Source of the DNA: a virus
Lineage: Duplodnaviria; Caudoviricetes
Virus record (IMG/VR): IMGVR_UViG_3300037780_000034
Location: 224,001-288,000 of that record
Length of the DNA stretch: 64,000 nucleotides
Strand: one strand, 5' to 3'
Shown here: piece after piece, positions 1 through 11,725 of the stretch
Numbering within the stretch: position 1 is the first letter of the stretch
Layout: every line of letters starts with the position of its first letter
Translations under genes and position numbers: made by a program
The notes under the pieces: model-generated
Database searches by the model: none
What the model was told of the DNA's origin: nothing
What the model saw: only the letters and a program-made list of their open reading frames with translations

Positions 1-467
1 GTAACCGTATATGTTCCACTTTTTAGAAATATAGTTACAGGATCACGAAACTCTTGTGACCCTGCATCTATCTCGGCTATTCTGGCTAATGCACGATTTA
101 TGGTTCTAAATGATTCTCCAAGAGATTCGCCGGTATTAGAATCATTTCCACTTTCAGAAACATAATATACGTTTTTAACGATTGCACCACTATTACCGCC
201 TTCGTCCAATCCTCTCCACTGTGTTCCATCATAAACTTTTAATCTTTGTTCGTCAGATTTATACCAAATCTGTCCTTCTACTGGATTTTGTGGAGGTTGA
301 TCATATGCAAAATTTTCCATAAGGTGAACAAAATTTTCTGCAAAAACTTCTCCATATCTTGTAAAGTTTTTTCCAACAAGAGAAAGAGAAGTAGTTTTAT
401 CTAATTCACCAACTTCAACTAATATAGGAGTTTTTGCGGGGTCGGTATAATTTACAACATATATCAT
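1..467 (-). CDS. Tail fibre/baseplate-associated structural protein (partial, runs off the window)
   Basis: Not in the ORF track. Translated by hand from ATG 467: MIYVVNYTDPAKTPILVEVGELDKTTSLSLVGKNFTRYGEVFAENFVHLMENFAYDQPPQNPVEGQIWYKSD...YYVSESGNDSNTGESLGESFRTINRAL. The ENFxHLxENFA...PxxPxEGQxWY motif is typical of large-myovirus fibre N-termini. The frame stays open to position 1. Confidence 0.7.
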   Translation of the reverse strand, partial: MIYVVNYTDPAKTPILVEVGELDKTTSLSLVGKNFTRYGEVFAENFVHLMENFAYDQPPQNPVEGQIWYKSDEQRLKVYDGTQWRGLDEGGNSGAIVKNVYYVSESGNDSNTGESLGESFRTINRALARIAEIDAGSQEFRDPVTIFLKSGTYTV

Positions 468-468
468 A

Positions 469-1044
469 TTAGGCTCCTATAGTCAATCTTATAGTATATA
501 TAACTTGAATTTTTCTGTTTTGGCTTTTTAATACAGGATGAAATATAATGTGAGTTAAATAATCGTCATTTATGGTTTTTAATCCTATTTCATTAAAAAC
601 ATAATCATCATTTATGTTGCCGGTGGCATCTGTTACTGGATAGTCTGTAGGTTCGTCATAATCTAATGTTGCAGTAATTATTATATCTGAATAATTGTTG
701 CCATCAACGTATGTGTAAGTTATGTTATTTTCTGCATCTATCAGCGGTGTGTTTTGAATAATTTTACTATAATTCTCATTGTATAATCCACCAGATGACC
801 CCGCAGTTTTTGTTGGTTTATAAGTAATAACACCAAGACTATCTATATTAACCCCACCATTTCCAAATGCCATAGAATGAATTCCATTGTCACTGGAATC
901 TGCTAATACAGCAGATATAATTTTTGCAAAATTTTGATAATTAATAGCATTACGTTTATTAACTATAATAGAGTTGTCATATAAATTTATTATTTTTATA
1001 TGACCTTCTATATTAAAATTCATAGTTTCATTTGTGTCAATCAT
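469..1044 (-). CDS. Baseplate/tail-fibre attachment structural protein
   Basis: 191 aa with MAFGNGG and TATLDYDEP...FNEIGL motifs resembling tail-collar/baseplate proteins. It lies in the baseplate operon. Confidence 0.5.
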   Translation of the reverse strand: MIDTNETMNFNIEGHIKIINLYDNSIIVNKRNAINYQNFAKIISAVLADSSDNGIHSMAFGNGGVNIDSLGVITYKPTKTAGSSGGLYNENYSKIIQNTPLIDAENNITYTYVDGNNYSDIIITATLDYDEPTDYPVTDATGNINDDYVFNEIGLKTINDDYLTHIIFHPVLKSQNRKIQVIYTIRLTIGA

Positions 1045-1067
1045 TTTAATTTCCTATAATATGATAG

Positions 1068-1075
1068 TATTTATA
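1068..1075 (-). promoter_or_regulatory. T4-type late promoter TATAAATA
   Basis: Exact TATAAATA on the minus strand, ~25 bp upstream of the 191-aa gene. The motif also arises by chance in AT-rich DNA. Confidence 0.5.
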
Positions 1076-4000
1076 AATTATAATTAATAGCATTATATTG
1101 AATTGTGCTTAATTCTATGGGCGGATAGTCAGTATTTTCACCGTTAGTATATAACACGGTATCTCCAATACTATGTGATCTTGGCGATATACCTCTTACA
1201 CAATTTAACAAAGTATTTCCCAACACGTTAGCATATTCAATTCTTTCTCCATTAATCCATATAACTCCTTTATCTTGTGATATTGAAGTTTCTGAATTAA
1301 ATTCAAATATACTACCATCAGCAACTTGAATTTCAGTATCTGTAGGCAATACATTAGCAGTAAGAGTTGATATATCATCATTTGTAGATATACTGTATTT
1401 TAATTTATTTCTATAATCAGAATATATAACATATCTTTTAGTATCAATTGTTTCTGTATTTCCAGTTACATTTCTTGTAATAAATATACCAGCACTATCT
1501 ACTATTCTGGCAGGAACCAATTCATCAGAAAATTGTTCATTTGAATAATCCATACCATTTCCGTCATATATATAATCATACGTTGTCGTTGTCATATCAG
1601 AAGTAATAATATCAATGTTTTGATCTGTGTTAAATGTATTTGTTATTACTACATCACCATTAAAATCAGTATCTGAAGAAGTATCTGAATAATTAAGAGT
1701 TATAATTTTTCTTTCATCTTGTTCACTGAGTGCAATATTCATTGAATCATTGCTTTCAAACTTATTTACAAAATCTCTTAATTTGCTTGTAAATGGTTTT
1801 ACATCGTTTATGTAATCCAACACATCTTGTATCAGGTCTTTTTTGTATAATTTATTTTTAGAAAAATCATTTTCCAAAACAAATTTAAAGTAAGAAGATT
1901 TTATAGCCCACTTAACAAAATCTTGTTCACTGTGAACATACTTCAACATCGTAAACCATATTTCATTATACAAAGATTTAAATTGTGTATCAAATACTTT
2001 GTTATATAATAAGTCAGTTAATCTATAAAAATATGGGCCAGTGTCACGATCCCAAGAACCAATATCCCATAAATCTTCTGACCAATTACGATCTGATAAT
2101 GCAGGGTTCCACAAATCTTCTGAAAATTGAATAGTTGCTTTTTCGTGATATACTAGATTCCAAGACTCACCATCATACTTATATATTTTTTGACGAGAAA
2201 TGTTATCAAAAGTTTGTGTATCTATGAAGATTGCATATTCGCCAACATTTGCTTGCAATCCTGCAAGATCATCAATAGAATTTATTTTGTATTGTGGTCT
2301 TACTATAACATTAAAAGACGATGATTTCCAATCTACAAAACTATACACATCTGAAAGTTTATAATCGGTGTAATAACTATCATATTCTACGTTTGAAGGA
2401 TGAAATATGCTATTAAAGTCATCATACCATAGGTATCTGATGTCTAGCATATTTATTTCTTTTAATATAGAATTTAGTTTTACAATAAACTCTCTTCTTG
2501 CATTAGTTATATTGTTAAACCAAGTTTGTTTTGGCTCATTTATACCCAATCTTCTTAATATGTGTTTATCGTAATCTGGAATACTGTAAAGTGGTTTTAT
2601 GTAGATTTCTCCGTCAACATCATCAAGATTATTTTCTGGGAATGGTTTTGACCAATCTTGTGTATCCCATTCATCTTCGTCCCATACATAACCATACTTT
2701 TTTATGTTCCAAAAATCTTCATTTTGAACAGAATCTATAAACTTTAATTCATACCAAGTTGTATTATAAGTTACTGGAACAGTAGTATTTTGAGGAACAG
2801 GAACTACGTTTTTATTGTTTTGCATAGCAATATAATAACGATTTTCATATTTTACCACATCATCTTTTTTATAATCCTTGAAACTTAACCAAGGAGAATA
2901 ATCCAGTTTTATGCTAAATCCTGTATATCCTGCCAAGCTGTCACGCAATGTATCGTGCAATTCTATTGGAATTTTACTTTCTAAGTTGTCTTCTGATAAT
3001 AGCATATATTCTCTATGATAATTGTCATCACTATTTTTAAACAATATATTCAATACTGCATTTTCACAACTTAAACAATTACTTAGATTTGATGCTAATA
3101 CGGCATTGCTTGAAATTCCTGCTATCCAAGATATTCCATAAGATGATGGATTTTCTATAATATTTTCTAAATCTATAGTAGTATATCTTCTACTGTTATT
3201 TGGAACAGTTGTTTTATCTTTTACCCAGAAGTAATAATAAGTTTCAGAAATACCACGAGAACGATTGAAAAATGTTTTTTCAGACCAATAGTATTCACGA
3301 TCACCAAACTGACCTATAGTAAAATATGGAGTTCCAGTCAATTCAATGCCATCAATTATTGTATTTGATCTTGTTGCTTGCTGATATTCATCTGGCGGAA
3401 CTGGGCTTTTCGTCCATTCGTAAACATCAATTGAAGATGTTGGATATAGCTTTCCCCAATTTTGTTGACGATTTTCCAACAGTCCTTGCTCATACTCAAG
3501 GTATACCGCAGTTGACATATCCCACCAAGTTTCTCCAATATGATCATCTGACCAAAAATTATTTGGATCAATTTCTTCATTTTGATCAGTTGAATCTGTA
3601 TATCTTGCATTATCGTATATACTTTTTATAGTCAACTCTATATCTGCAATACCGGGTATGATACCTTTAACTGGATCATATACTTCTAATTCTGCATTTA
3701 TTTCTTTTGTTTTATAATTATAAACATATGCAGAAACAAGTTTGCTATTGTCTGCAACTGGTTCTAACTTTCTTACAAGTTCAAAATATGCTCCATTGTT
3801 TACGTCAACTTCTATACAGCGATAAACAGCAGGAATATTTGTTCCTTCATAAGAATCTACATATGCATACATTCCGGGTTTCCATCCGTAAACACCAAGC
3901 TGGTATCTTGGATTTGTCCCGCTATTGATTAATTGTTGCGTAGTAGAAAATCTTACTGGTCTTAGTGGAATACATTTTCCATATGAACCATTACGTCTTA

Positions 4001-7000
4001 TATATGATTCAACAAATATTATAGTATCTGAATATATTGCAGTTACACGATGAATTCCATCTAATATTGGAGTTGAGTTTGTTGCAGTTAATATAACGTA
4101 ATCATTTACTTGAAGATTGTGAGGAACTAAAAACTTAACCATAGCATCATCATTTGACAATATACCAGGACATATTTCAAAAATTTCTAATTCAAAATCA
4201 AAAGCCGTATATACGTTATATCCAGATTGACGATTGGTATTATCTATCAATGGGTCTAAATTATCATTTACCCATACTGAAAAATCAATAGGATCATCTA
4301 TAATTTGCCATTCTGTAGAATCAAATACATTATTAATTATGTCATCATTTTCAATATTATCCGGAACAAAAATAGTATCTGTGTCAGAGAAACCAAGAAA
4401 TGGATTTGCAGTTCCGTTTCCAATATCAATTTCAGAAACAACAGCAGACAGCACAACGGAATTATTAACGTTTGATGCAACAAAATTAGGAATATTGGCA
4501 GCATTTATCTGCTCTATAACATCATTTATATCTAAATCTAAAAATTCCGTTCCATCAATAAATGTTGAATTGTAAACTCCAACTTCAAATCCTATATCGG
4601 TATTTGCGGTTCCTTCTGCAATAACCAACTGCGGATTATTGTTTATTATTTTCAAATAACTTGAACCACCCACTGTATGAATAGCTGCAGTTACTCCATT
4701 TAATCCTACTGAATTTATAGTTGTTACCATATTTTGTAGTGATACGAAAAATTCAGAAAATATCAATTCATCTAGGGTATTATATACATTAATTGAATTT
4801 GGAAATCCTAACGAGAAATTTCCAGTATCTGTAATTATATTCATAACACCAGAAGTTGCATCTAATGGATATTTTTTAACAATTCTTAATTTGTTTTCAA
4901 ATATTGAAGCAGTATAAGTATCTGATAAATTATTTTCAGTAAAAAATTCATTTATTTTAGATACTATTTGAGAAGAATTTAATGAACCCTGTCCAAATGT
5001 GCCAGTTACAGCAACAAAGTCTGAACCATTTATAGGTCCACCAGACTTTATGTATCTTGCTATTGTTGTTGGGTATGTTGCATTTCTTAAATATTGATTC
5101 ATAGTATTTAAGTTTGCAGTAGAAACTTGGGTTACACCTTTTGTAATAGATATCTGAAATATTTTCTCATATATGTCAATTTCATTTTGGTAAAATTCTT
5201 CAAACTCTGAAAAGAATGGAGAAAATATACTCAGTGTAGAATAATATTGAGTTAAATAATTTATGTTAAATCCATAATTTTCGTATATTCCACTATAATA
5301 TCCACTAATAAATTGATACCACTCTTGTAATGAATTTGCTGATATAAATGCATCCCTAAATTGTTTTAATTTTTGAGGAATATTGCTCATTTCAGTTGAA
5401 ACAGATTCTGGAATTCCAAAACTCTGCAAATCAATAGCAGTTAAGTTAAATGTAGTCAACAGTGAAATAGCAGGATTTAATGTTGTGCTAAGATTACTTA
5501 AGCGAATTCTGTAATCATCTATAATTATTTGGTCAAGAAATTTTCCTTCAACTGTGAAATTATTTGTTGTTCCAGTTGCAGTTATTGTTTGATTTGAAGG
5601 AGTGACCGGAGTAGAAGTTGATGCACTGAATGTTATAGTTGTTCCATTTATAGAAATAGTATTCCCAACATCTGTTGTTGGGTTAGCTACAGAACCAATA
5701 TATTCTAATGGATTATACTGTGCAATTTCAGCAGTTTTTGCAAAGTTTATTTCATTATAAGTTAACTCATCTTCTCCACGTTGTTTTATACCTATTATAA
5801 AATTAGTTAATGATGGAACCTTTGGGAACGTAACTGTTCCTCTTATAAATATTTGTCCAGCAGTTTGTGCAAATCCGGTGGAATCTAACAAATATTGATA
5901 TACACTTGGACCCCTTCTAACTATATCGCCTTTTTGATATGATACTTTACTAGACCAAGGAAGTATGTTTGCATAACTTGCAGAGTAATCATATACCTCT
6001 AACATATCTCTTACAGAATTAACAACATATTCAACTTCTGATTCAAAAGGTATTCCTGCAGTTTTTGAAAAGTTTTCAAAATTTTGTATATCTTCTATGT
6101 TTTGCATAGTAAATGGTTTTGCAGGTAATAACGGAATTGGGTTTTCAAAATTTCCAGAAATATAGTTTGAAGAGCCTTTTGATATATCTATAACAGTATC
6201 ATATATATTATCTTTAACTGATTCTGGGTTAAATCTTATTATTTGTGGTTCAGTTTTAACCAAACTTAAAGGCAATTCTATCTGAATATTATCACTTATT
6301 GACTTATCACCATAATCCTTTGAGTATATCATCCATTCTTCTGATATACTATTTGGATTTTTGGAAAATATATTTTTGTTTCTAACAAGAGCATCAATGC
6401 TTGTTTGTGTTCCTTTATATTTACGAACTCCACGGTAAAAGTCATATGAAGAAAATTCATTATTTAATATGTTTGCAAAATAAGATTTTTCTTGATACCC
6501 AACTGTGAACTTATCTGTTTTTCTTGTTAATACATTTAATGACTTGTTATTTGTGTTTAACAAATCAGTTTCAACCTCACGAACTTGACTATCAAAATTG
6601 TTTATTATAGCATTATCCGTAACCAAAAATCCAGAAGTTTCCAATCTTCCATTCCAATTCTTGGTTCTTTCTGTTTTGATCTTTATTCTGGAATTTAATA
6701 TTCCAGTAGATGTTTTTTGAACTATATCTCCAAACTTAGTAACTGGATTTATATTTAAAATATGTTCATACTCTACAATATCAATAGTTATACCAAACAT
6801 AGCATTAGATTGGTTTTTTGGTTTTATTCCAGTAGTTATACCATTTCTTATAATTAATAAATCACTAGGATTTATAATTTGTTTTCTATTGTTAATAATT
6901 GGATTAGAAAAGTTGCTATAGTTTGTAAATTCTTTTACAAATCCTTCTGTTAGATTGTTATATATTAACATATTATCTTTTATGCCATTTACATAAGTAA

Positions 7001-10000
7001 AGTTATCATTTTCTACAATAAAAGTCCACTCAATCAAAGTTATAGCATCACTTTTCCAACTTAAATTATTAAATCCGATAAAGTTATAATATGCTTCAAG
7101 TCCGATTATAAAATTATATAAATCTTGACGTTTTTTAAATTTAGTTCCATACGGAAGCTTTTCTATTCTGTTATGAAATTTTTGATATTGAACAATACTA
7201 TTAGACTGATTTATATCTACCACAACAGAAGTTCCGTTTGTATTAACAGGAATATAATTAAAATATCTATTGGTTTTATTATATCCTTCTACTTCATATA
7301 AACCGTCTATTGTTTTTCTTAATATAAGACCAGAATATCTTATTCTTCTGGTAGGAGGAGATTGTATTAGAGAAATGCTATAATCATCAGGAGGAATACG
7401 AACTTTTCCTTTGTTAAAGCTTCCGTCTAATTCAACTTTTGTTAATTCAGATTTAGTAAATCCTCCAATATGAACAATTGGTAAAGATATTGTTTGATTT
7501 AGTATATCTGGTATTTCATATGTTTTCTTATGTTGCTCAATTAGTAGTGAATTTATACCAAACACAATGTTACTTGGAATATTTTCTACTTTTGCAGTTA
7601 ATTCTGTGGTGTAAAATCCAGTTGCTGTTTGTATAATCAATTTAAAATCATTTTTATATCCAAATCCAGAATCAGTTATAACAATGTTTGTTATTTTTGT
7701 ATTAGTTATATCTGTTTCATATTCAAATTTTGCTTGACCATATAATTCATTAACAGGGGCGAATACATTAAGTATTTGCTCGTTATTTGATTGAGTCGTA
7801 GGAATAATTACATCATATACGTGTTTGAATTGATCTTGTGATAAATGTAAGTTATCTGAACGGCGAGTGGTTCTTGTTTTTGATGAATCATAATATTCGT
7901 AATACTTATTAGTATTTTCAACATTTTTTATATCATTTGCTATCCAAAATAAATTCCATAGTTTGTATGGCTTTAGTTTAAATAGTGTTTTAACTACTGA
8001 ATATGTATAACTACTTGTTTTTTGCCAATCTTCTTCAATTTTAAACATTTTATTTCCAAATGAAAATTGTTTAAATCTGGTTCCAATAGGAACATTACTT
8101 TCACTTATTATTTCAGCAGTAATTGGATCATTTAGTTCTGCACTTGTGGTGACTAATACTTTATTGTCCCAATCATAATGATAATATGCATATTTTGGAT
8201 CAACTGTTTCGGTCAATCCTATTTTTCCATTTTTCAATGATTCTATCAAACTGTCTCTTAATGGTCCAGCAGCCCAACTATATGTAGTTGCCCACCAACT
8301 TGGTTCTTCAACATATCCAAACATTTCCCAAGGATGTGTATGTGGACGATCTGTATTGAAAAGATACTTATATAATGATTTATAGCTTTGGTAATCCGTT
8401 GAATATGAACTATAATTAAATGTAAATTTGTCTACCGGATCAAAGTCGTCTATTAATTCTTCACTATATCCATTTGAAAATATTGATGCCCAATCATAGC
8501 ATTCTTCTTTCATTAATTCATTGAAAACAGAATAATTCATATATTCGTAATTATTAAATGTTGGCAACAATTCAAAAATATTTTTTTCATTTTGTTGTAA
8601 ATTATTATATATACGTGTCTCAAGATCATACACTGCAGAAGATACTACATCAAATGAACTAGAATTCATATCAAATATTTCAGAAGAAGAAAGAGTGTGA
8701 ATGCTGCCATCGTGACATACTATTTTTTCATTATCAACTGAAACTTTGTATTTTTTAGTAAATCCAATTTTTGAAGGGCTATATGGAATAAATGATTTAG
8801 CTTTATTGTTATAAAGTCTTATTTCAACAGTTGCTTGTGTTGCTGCACCAATATCTAAAATTTCTATGTTATTAAATGTAAAATTATAGTCAACACCTTC
8901 TTTAAGAGGAACCCAATTTCCATCATAATTTATCCATAATTGATATATAGTAAATATATCACCATACTTGTTTTTAGAAAAAGGAACAGTAATGTTCATA
9001 TTTGAATCAGTTATAGAATAAGTATAAGTGGTAAATTCAGAATAATATGCCATATTGCTATTTGCATATTTAAATGTATCATCTTTTCCGATATTTATTT
9101 GAGAAAGTGCATCATCTACTAAATCTCTTACAGTTGTATAAGACGTATTGTTCCATAGTTGTCTTACTTTATTTTTAAATACATTTTTAAATGATTCGTA
9201 ATCAACTTTTATGATGTCAATAGATTCTAATAAGTCAAATGTTTCTATAGAATTTAGTATACTAAGTGATGCAGGTGAATATATTTGTTGTCTAATATTT
9301 CCATCTGCTGTAGTTATTTTTACAGTTTTATGATAATCATTATCGCCAACAAAAACGTTTGTTGACAAATATGGATTTGCTATATTTTGTTTTACTATAT
9401 GATCTGTTATTTCGGTTAATGATAATTCAACGATTTTTTCATTAAGTGGATTATATTTAAAACTTGGTGATACTTCTCTTGGTTTAGAAGCATCTTCGGT
9501 ATAATATTTAAATTCTATAATATCACCAATCTTTAAATCAGTTGAAATTTTTATAAATCCGTCAGTATCAACAAAATCAACTGATTTTTGTAATTTTTCT
9601 CCATTTTTTGTTATAGTGTAAAAATCTTGTGCAGATTCAACAAATATATATCCTATGAAATTGTTTTCAATATCGTTATATAGCAAAGTATCATATTCAT
9701 AACTATCTGAGATATTAATAGTTATTTTGTTTGTGTTATCGTTTGACATAGAAACGCCGGTTGGAATATTTCCAAATGGATCAGTTATTTGAAATATATT
9801 TGTTTCATTTCCAATTATGTAATTTATATTATAATCAGTATTTGTATGTAATACTATATTTGGATTTTTTTCTCCATCACTATAAATGTGATCATTTCTT
9901 TTAGAAAACCAAATTATTCCAGAATTTGAAATTGTTACTATATATTCTGTTATATCGGATAATGGTTTAATATTGTTTGATATAACTTGATTGTCACTTT

Positions 10001-11720
10001 CAACAACCACTATTTCTGAAACTTGTGATCTTTGTATATTTTTAGAAGGACTCCATATTGAACGGAAATCTAAATATGGTTTTCCTATAGTTTTATAGAA
10101 GTAATCTCCTTCTATAGAAACAGTTATGTTATTAATAGAATTATAGTGGTATTTGTCTTTTTCTATAGACATTTCAAATAAGTAATATTCTGGTGAATTA
10201 CTGTCTGAAACTAATCGTAATCCAGACTCGTCATCTACTATAGTAGTATCACTTGTTTTATATGAAAATATTGAATTTCCTTTGAAATTGCTTTCGTCAA
10301 AGTTATCTAATCTGGTATTTGTGATATCATACAATACAAAAAGTGGTGAATCACTTCTAAATTGTTTTTGTGTTGCTTGTATAAAATTACCATTATTAAA
10401 ATAAAATTCATTAGCAACGTATTTTTGTATATTAGAATGTGATATAAAAAATTTATCTCCATCTTCAAACAAAAATGTATTTGTTTTTAAGGTAAGTGAA
10501 ATACTAGTTCCTACACCAGAAACTTCATATATGTTTATAGTATTATCTGTTTCAAAATCTGTTATTAACAAATAATCTCCATCTTCAAGATAGTATCCAT
10601 TGTTAAAATAAATTTCTTCACCTATTATTTGATCTGTTCCTATACCATCTATATGATGATCTATTATAACTTTTAACAATGTTCCATTGTTAAACAGTTC
10701 TATGTTTGGATTAAATTGTATTATAGGCCGTCTTGCAGATGTTTTTTCATTTATAATAGAACCAATAGCTACACCATTATAATCTGCTGTTTCTCGTATT
10801 GCATATATACTTGACCATTTGTTTATTCTTGCCCAAGGATTTTTGTCTATGCTGGTGCGATCAATAACAACATATTCTTTTAATATATTGACAAAGTTGC
10901 TGTCATCATACTCTATAGTATCAAAATCTTCTATATCCCAACCATCTGTGTATACGTTTGGAGTATATGGAACTGAACGAGGAAATACATTTTTTCCATT
11001 TTGATCAAATTGTTCAATAAGTTTTATAGCACCAGTTCCGACGCCCTCTACGATATACACAGAATCTGCATTGTAATTTCCAGATGAACTTGATACGTTT
11101 GAACCTATAAATTTAATTCTCATACCATTTACAAATGTAAGCGTTTTTCCATTTTCCAATATTGGAGTAGTATAAGAATTTAAATAAACTATATTATCAA
11201 TATCAATAGGATTTGAACTTGTTGGCTCAATTACACATAATGGAATTTCTCCAACTATCCAATGATAATTTAAATAATTTACAAACATATCGTGGTTAAT
11301 TGGTAAATCCAATATATAATCACGTTCTGCCAAAAGCTTATCCATATCATCTACACGGTATCCTAAACTTTCCAAGGATTTGATAGTGTTTATATATGAT
11401 GCATTCAAATCAAAATTGTCACCTTGACTTTTTAATCCTGGTGAAAATTGATAATTTTCTCTTAATGTAGTTGTTTCTTTGTTATAATTGTCTGAATTAT
11501 AATCAAATATTGATGGGGTTATCTTTCCCCAATATGCATCTACATTTTCTGTTGTTCCAGAACTAAAAAGATTTTCCAAAGTAGAACTTAAAAACTTTTT
11601 GTTTGTTGGTGTTTTAAATACGGTAGGCAAGAAATCAGTTACATTTCTTGATCCTTGTAATATGTTTGTTCCACCAGATTGTATGTTTTTTTCTACTTTT
11701 TTTGGATTTTCAGGTTTCAT
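1071..11720 (-). CDS. Giant baseplate wedge / virion structural protein (3549 aa)
   Basis: Uninterrupted 10.6-kb ORF directly downstream of the gp6-like gene, in the position of T4 gp7. It is rich in Trp/Tyr/Asp beta-type sequence and has two CBM5/12-like WxxxxxYxxGD/DDxV motifs. Confidence 0.65.
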   Translation of the reverse strand: MKPENPKKVEKNIQSGGTNILQGSRNVTDFLPTVFKTPTNKKFLSSTLENLFSSGTTENVDAYWGKITPSIFDYNSDNYNKETTTLRENYQFSPGLKSQGDNFDLNASYINTIKSLESLGYRVDDMDKLLAERDYILDLPINHDMFVNYLNYHWIVGEIPLCVIEPTSSNPIDIDNIVYLNSYTTPILENGKTLTFVNGMRIKFIGSNVSSSSGNYNADSVYIVEGVGTGAIKLIEQFDQNGKNVFPRSVPYTPNVYTDGWDIEDFDTIEYDDSNFVNILKEYVVIDRTSIDKNPWARINKWSSIYAIRETADYNGVAIGSIINEKTSARRPIIQFNPNIELFNNGTLLKVIIDHHIDGIGTDQIIGEEIYFNNGYYLEDGDYLLITDFETDNTINIYEVSGVGTSISLTLKTNTFLFEDGDKFFISHSNIQKYVANEFYFNNGNFIQATQKQFRSDSPLFVLYDITNTRLDNFDESNFKGNSIFSYKTSDTTIVDDESGLRLVSDSNSPEYYLFEMSIEKDKYHYNSINNITVSIEGDYFYKTIGKPYLDFRSIWSPSKNIQRSQVSEIVVVESDNQVISNNIKPLSDITEYIVTISNSGIIWFSKRNDHIYSDGEKNPNIVLHTNTDYNINYIIGNETNIFQITDPFGNIPTGVSMSNDNTNKITINISDSYEYDTLLYNDIENNFIGYIFVESAQDFYTITKNGEKLQKSVDFVDTDGFIKISTDLKIGDIIEFKYYTEDASKPREVSPSFKYNPLNEKIVELSLTEITDHIVKQNIANPYLSTNVFVGDNDYHKTVKITTADGNIRQQIYSPASLSILNSIETFDLLESIDIIKVDYESFKNVFKNKVRQLWNNTSYTTVRDLVDDALSQINIGKDDTFKYANSNMAYYSEFTTYTYSITDSNMNITVPFSKNKYGDIFTIYQLWINYDGNWVPLKEGVDYNFTFNNIEILDIGAATQATVEIRLYNNKAKSFIPYSPSKIGFTKKYKVSVDNEKIVCHDGSIHTLSSSEIFDMNSSSFDVVSSAVYDLETRIYNNLQQNEKNIFELLPTFNNYEYMNYSVFNELMKEECYDWASIFSNGYSEELIDDFDPVDKFTFNYSSYSTDYQSYKSLYKYLFNTDRPHTHPWEMFGYVEEPSWWATTYSWAAGPLRDSLIESLKNGKIGLTETVDPKYAYYHYDWDNKVLVTTSAELNDPITAEIISESNVPIGTRFKQFSFGNKMFKIEEDWQKTSSYTYSVVKTLFKLKPYKLWNLFWIANDIKNVENTNKYYEYYDSSKTRTTRRSDNLHLSQDQFKHVYDVIIPTTQSNNEQILNVFAPVNELYGQAKFEYETDITNTKITNIVITDSGFGYKNDFKLIIQTATGFYTTELTAKVENIPSNIVFGINSLLIEQHKKTYEIPDILNQTISLPIVHIGGFTKSELTKVELDGSFNKGKVRIPPDDYSISLIQSPPTRRIRYSGLILRKTIDGLYEVEGYNKTNRYFNYIPVNTNGTSVVVDINQSNSIVQYQKFHNRIEKLPYGTKFKKRQDLYNFIIGLEAYYNFIGFNNLSWKSDAITLIEWTFIVENDNFTYVNGIKDNMLIYNNLTEGFVKEFTNYSNFSNPIINNRKQIINPSDLLIIRNGITTGIKPKNQSNAMFGITIDIVEYEHILNINPVTKFGDIVQKTSTGILNSRIKIKTERTKNWNGRLETSGFLVTDNAIINNFDSQVREVETDLLNTNNKSLNVLTRKTDKFTVGYQEKSYFANILNNEFSSYDFYRGVRKYKGTQTSIDALVRNKNIFSKNPNSISEEWMIYSKDYGDKSISDNIQIELPLSLVKTEPQIIRFNPESVKDNIYDTVIDISKGSSNYISGNFENPIPLLPAKPFTMQNIEDIQNFENFSKTAGIPFESEVEYVVNSVRDMLEVYDYSASYANILPWSSKVSYQKGDIVRRGPSVYQYLLDSTGFAQTAGQIFIRGTVTFPKVPSLTNFIIGIKQRGEDELTYNEINFAKTAEIAQYNPLEYIGSVANPTTDVGNTISINGTTITFSASTSTPVTPSNQTITATGTTNNFTVEGKFLDQIIIDDYRIRLSNLSTTLNPAISLLTTFNLTAIDLQSFGIPESVSTEMSNIPQKLKQFRDAFISANSLQEWYQFISGYYSGIYENYGFNINYLTQYYSTLSIFSPFFSEFEEFYQNEIDIYEKIFQISITKGVTQVSTANLNTMNQYLRNATYPTTIARYIKSGGPINGSDFVAVTGTFGQGSLNSSQIVSKINEFFTENNLSDTYTASIFENKLRIVKKYPLDATSGVMNIITDTGNFSLGFPNSINVYNTLDELIFSEFFVSLQNMVTTINSVGLNGVTAAIHTVGGSSYLKIINNNPQLVIAEGTANTDIGFEVGVYNSTFIDGTEFLDLDINDVIEQINAANIPNFVASNVNNSVVLSAVVSEIDIGNGTANPFLGFSDTDTIFVPDNIENDDIINNVFDSTEWQIIDDPIDFSVWVNDNLDPLIDNTNRQSGYNVYTAFDFELEIFEICPGILSNDDAMVKFLVPHNLQVNDYVILTATNSTPILDGIHRVTAIYSDTIIFVESYIRRNGSYGKCIPLRPVRFSTTQQLINSGTNPRYQLGVYGWKPGMYAYVDSYEGTNIPAVYRCIEVDVNNGAYFELVRKLEPVADNSKLVSAYVYNYKTKEINAELEVYDPVKGIIPGIADIELTIKSIYDNARYTDSTDQNEEIDPNNFWSDDHIGETWWDMSTAVYLEYEQGLLENRQQNWGKLYPTSSIDVYEWTKSPVPPDEYQQATRSNTIIDGIELTGTPYFTIGQFGDREYYWSEKTFFNRSRGISETYYYFWVKDKTTVPNNSRRYTTIDLENIIENPSSYGISWIAGISSNAVLASNLSNCLSCENAVLNILFKNSDDNYHREYMLLSEDNLESKIPIELHDTLRDSLAGYTGFSIKLDYSPWLSFKDYKKDDVVKYENRYYIAMQNNKNVVPVPQNTTVPVTYNTTWYELKFIDSVQNEDFWNIKKYGYVWDEDEWDTQDWSKPFPENNLDDVDGEIYIKPLYSIPDYDKHILRRLGINEPKQTWFNNITNARREFIVKLNSILKEINMLDIRYLWYDDFNSIFHPSNVEYDSYYTDYKLSDVYSFVDWKSSSFNVIVRPQYKINSIDDLAGLQANVGEYAIFIDTQTFDNISRQKIYKYDGESWNLVYHEKATIQFSEDLWNPALSDRNWSEDLWDIGSWDRDTGPYFYRLTDLLYNKVFDTQFKSLYNEIWFTMLKYVHSEQDFVKWAIKSSYFKFVLENDFSKNKLYKKDLIQDVLDYINDVKPFTSKLRDFVNKFESNDSMNIALSEQDERKIITLNYSDTSSDTDFNGDVVITNTFNTDQNIDIITSDMTTTTYDYIYDGNGMDYSNEQFSDELVPARIVDSAGIFITRNVTGNTETIDTKRYVIYSDYRNKLKYSISTNDDISTLTANVLPTDTEIQVADGSIFEFNSETSISQDKGVIWINGERIEYANVLGNTLLNCVRGISPRSHSIGDTVLYTNGENTDYPPIELSTIQYNAINYNL

Positions 11721-11725
11721 TTATA

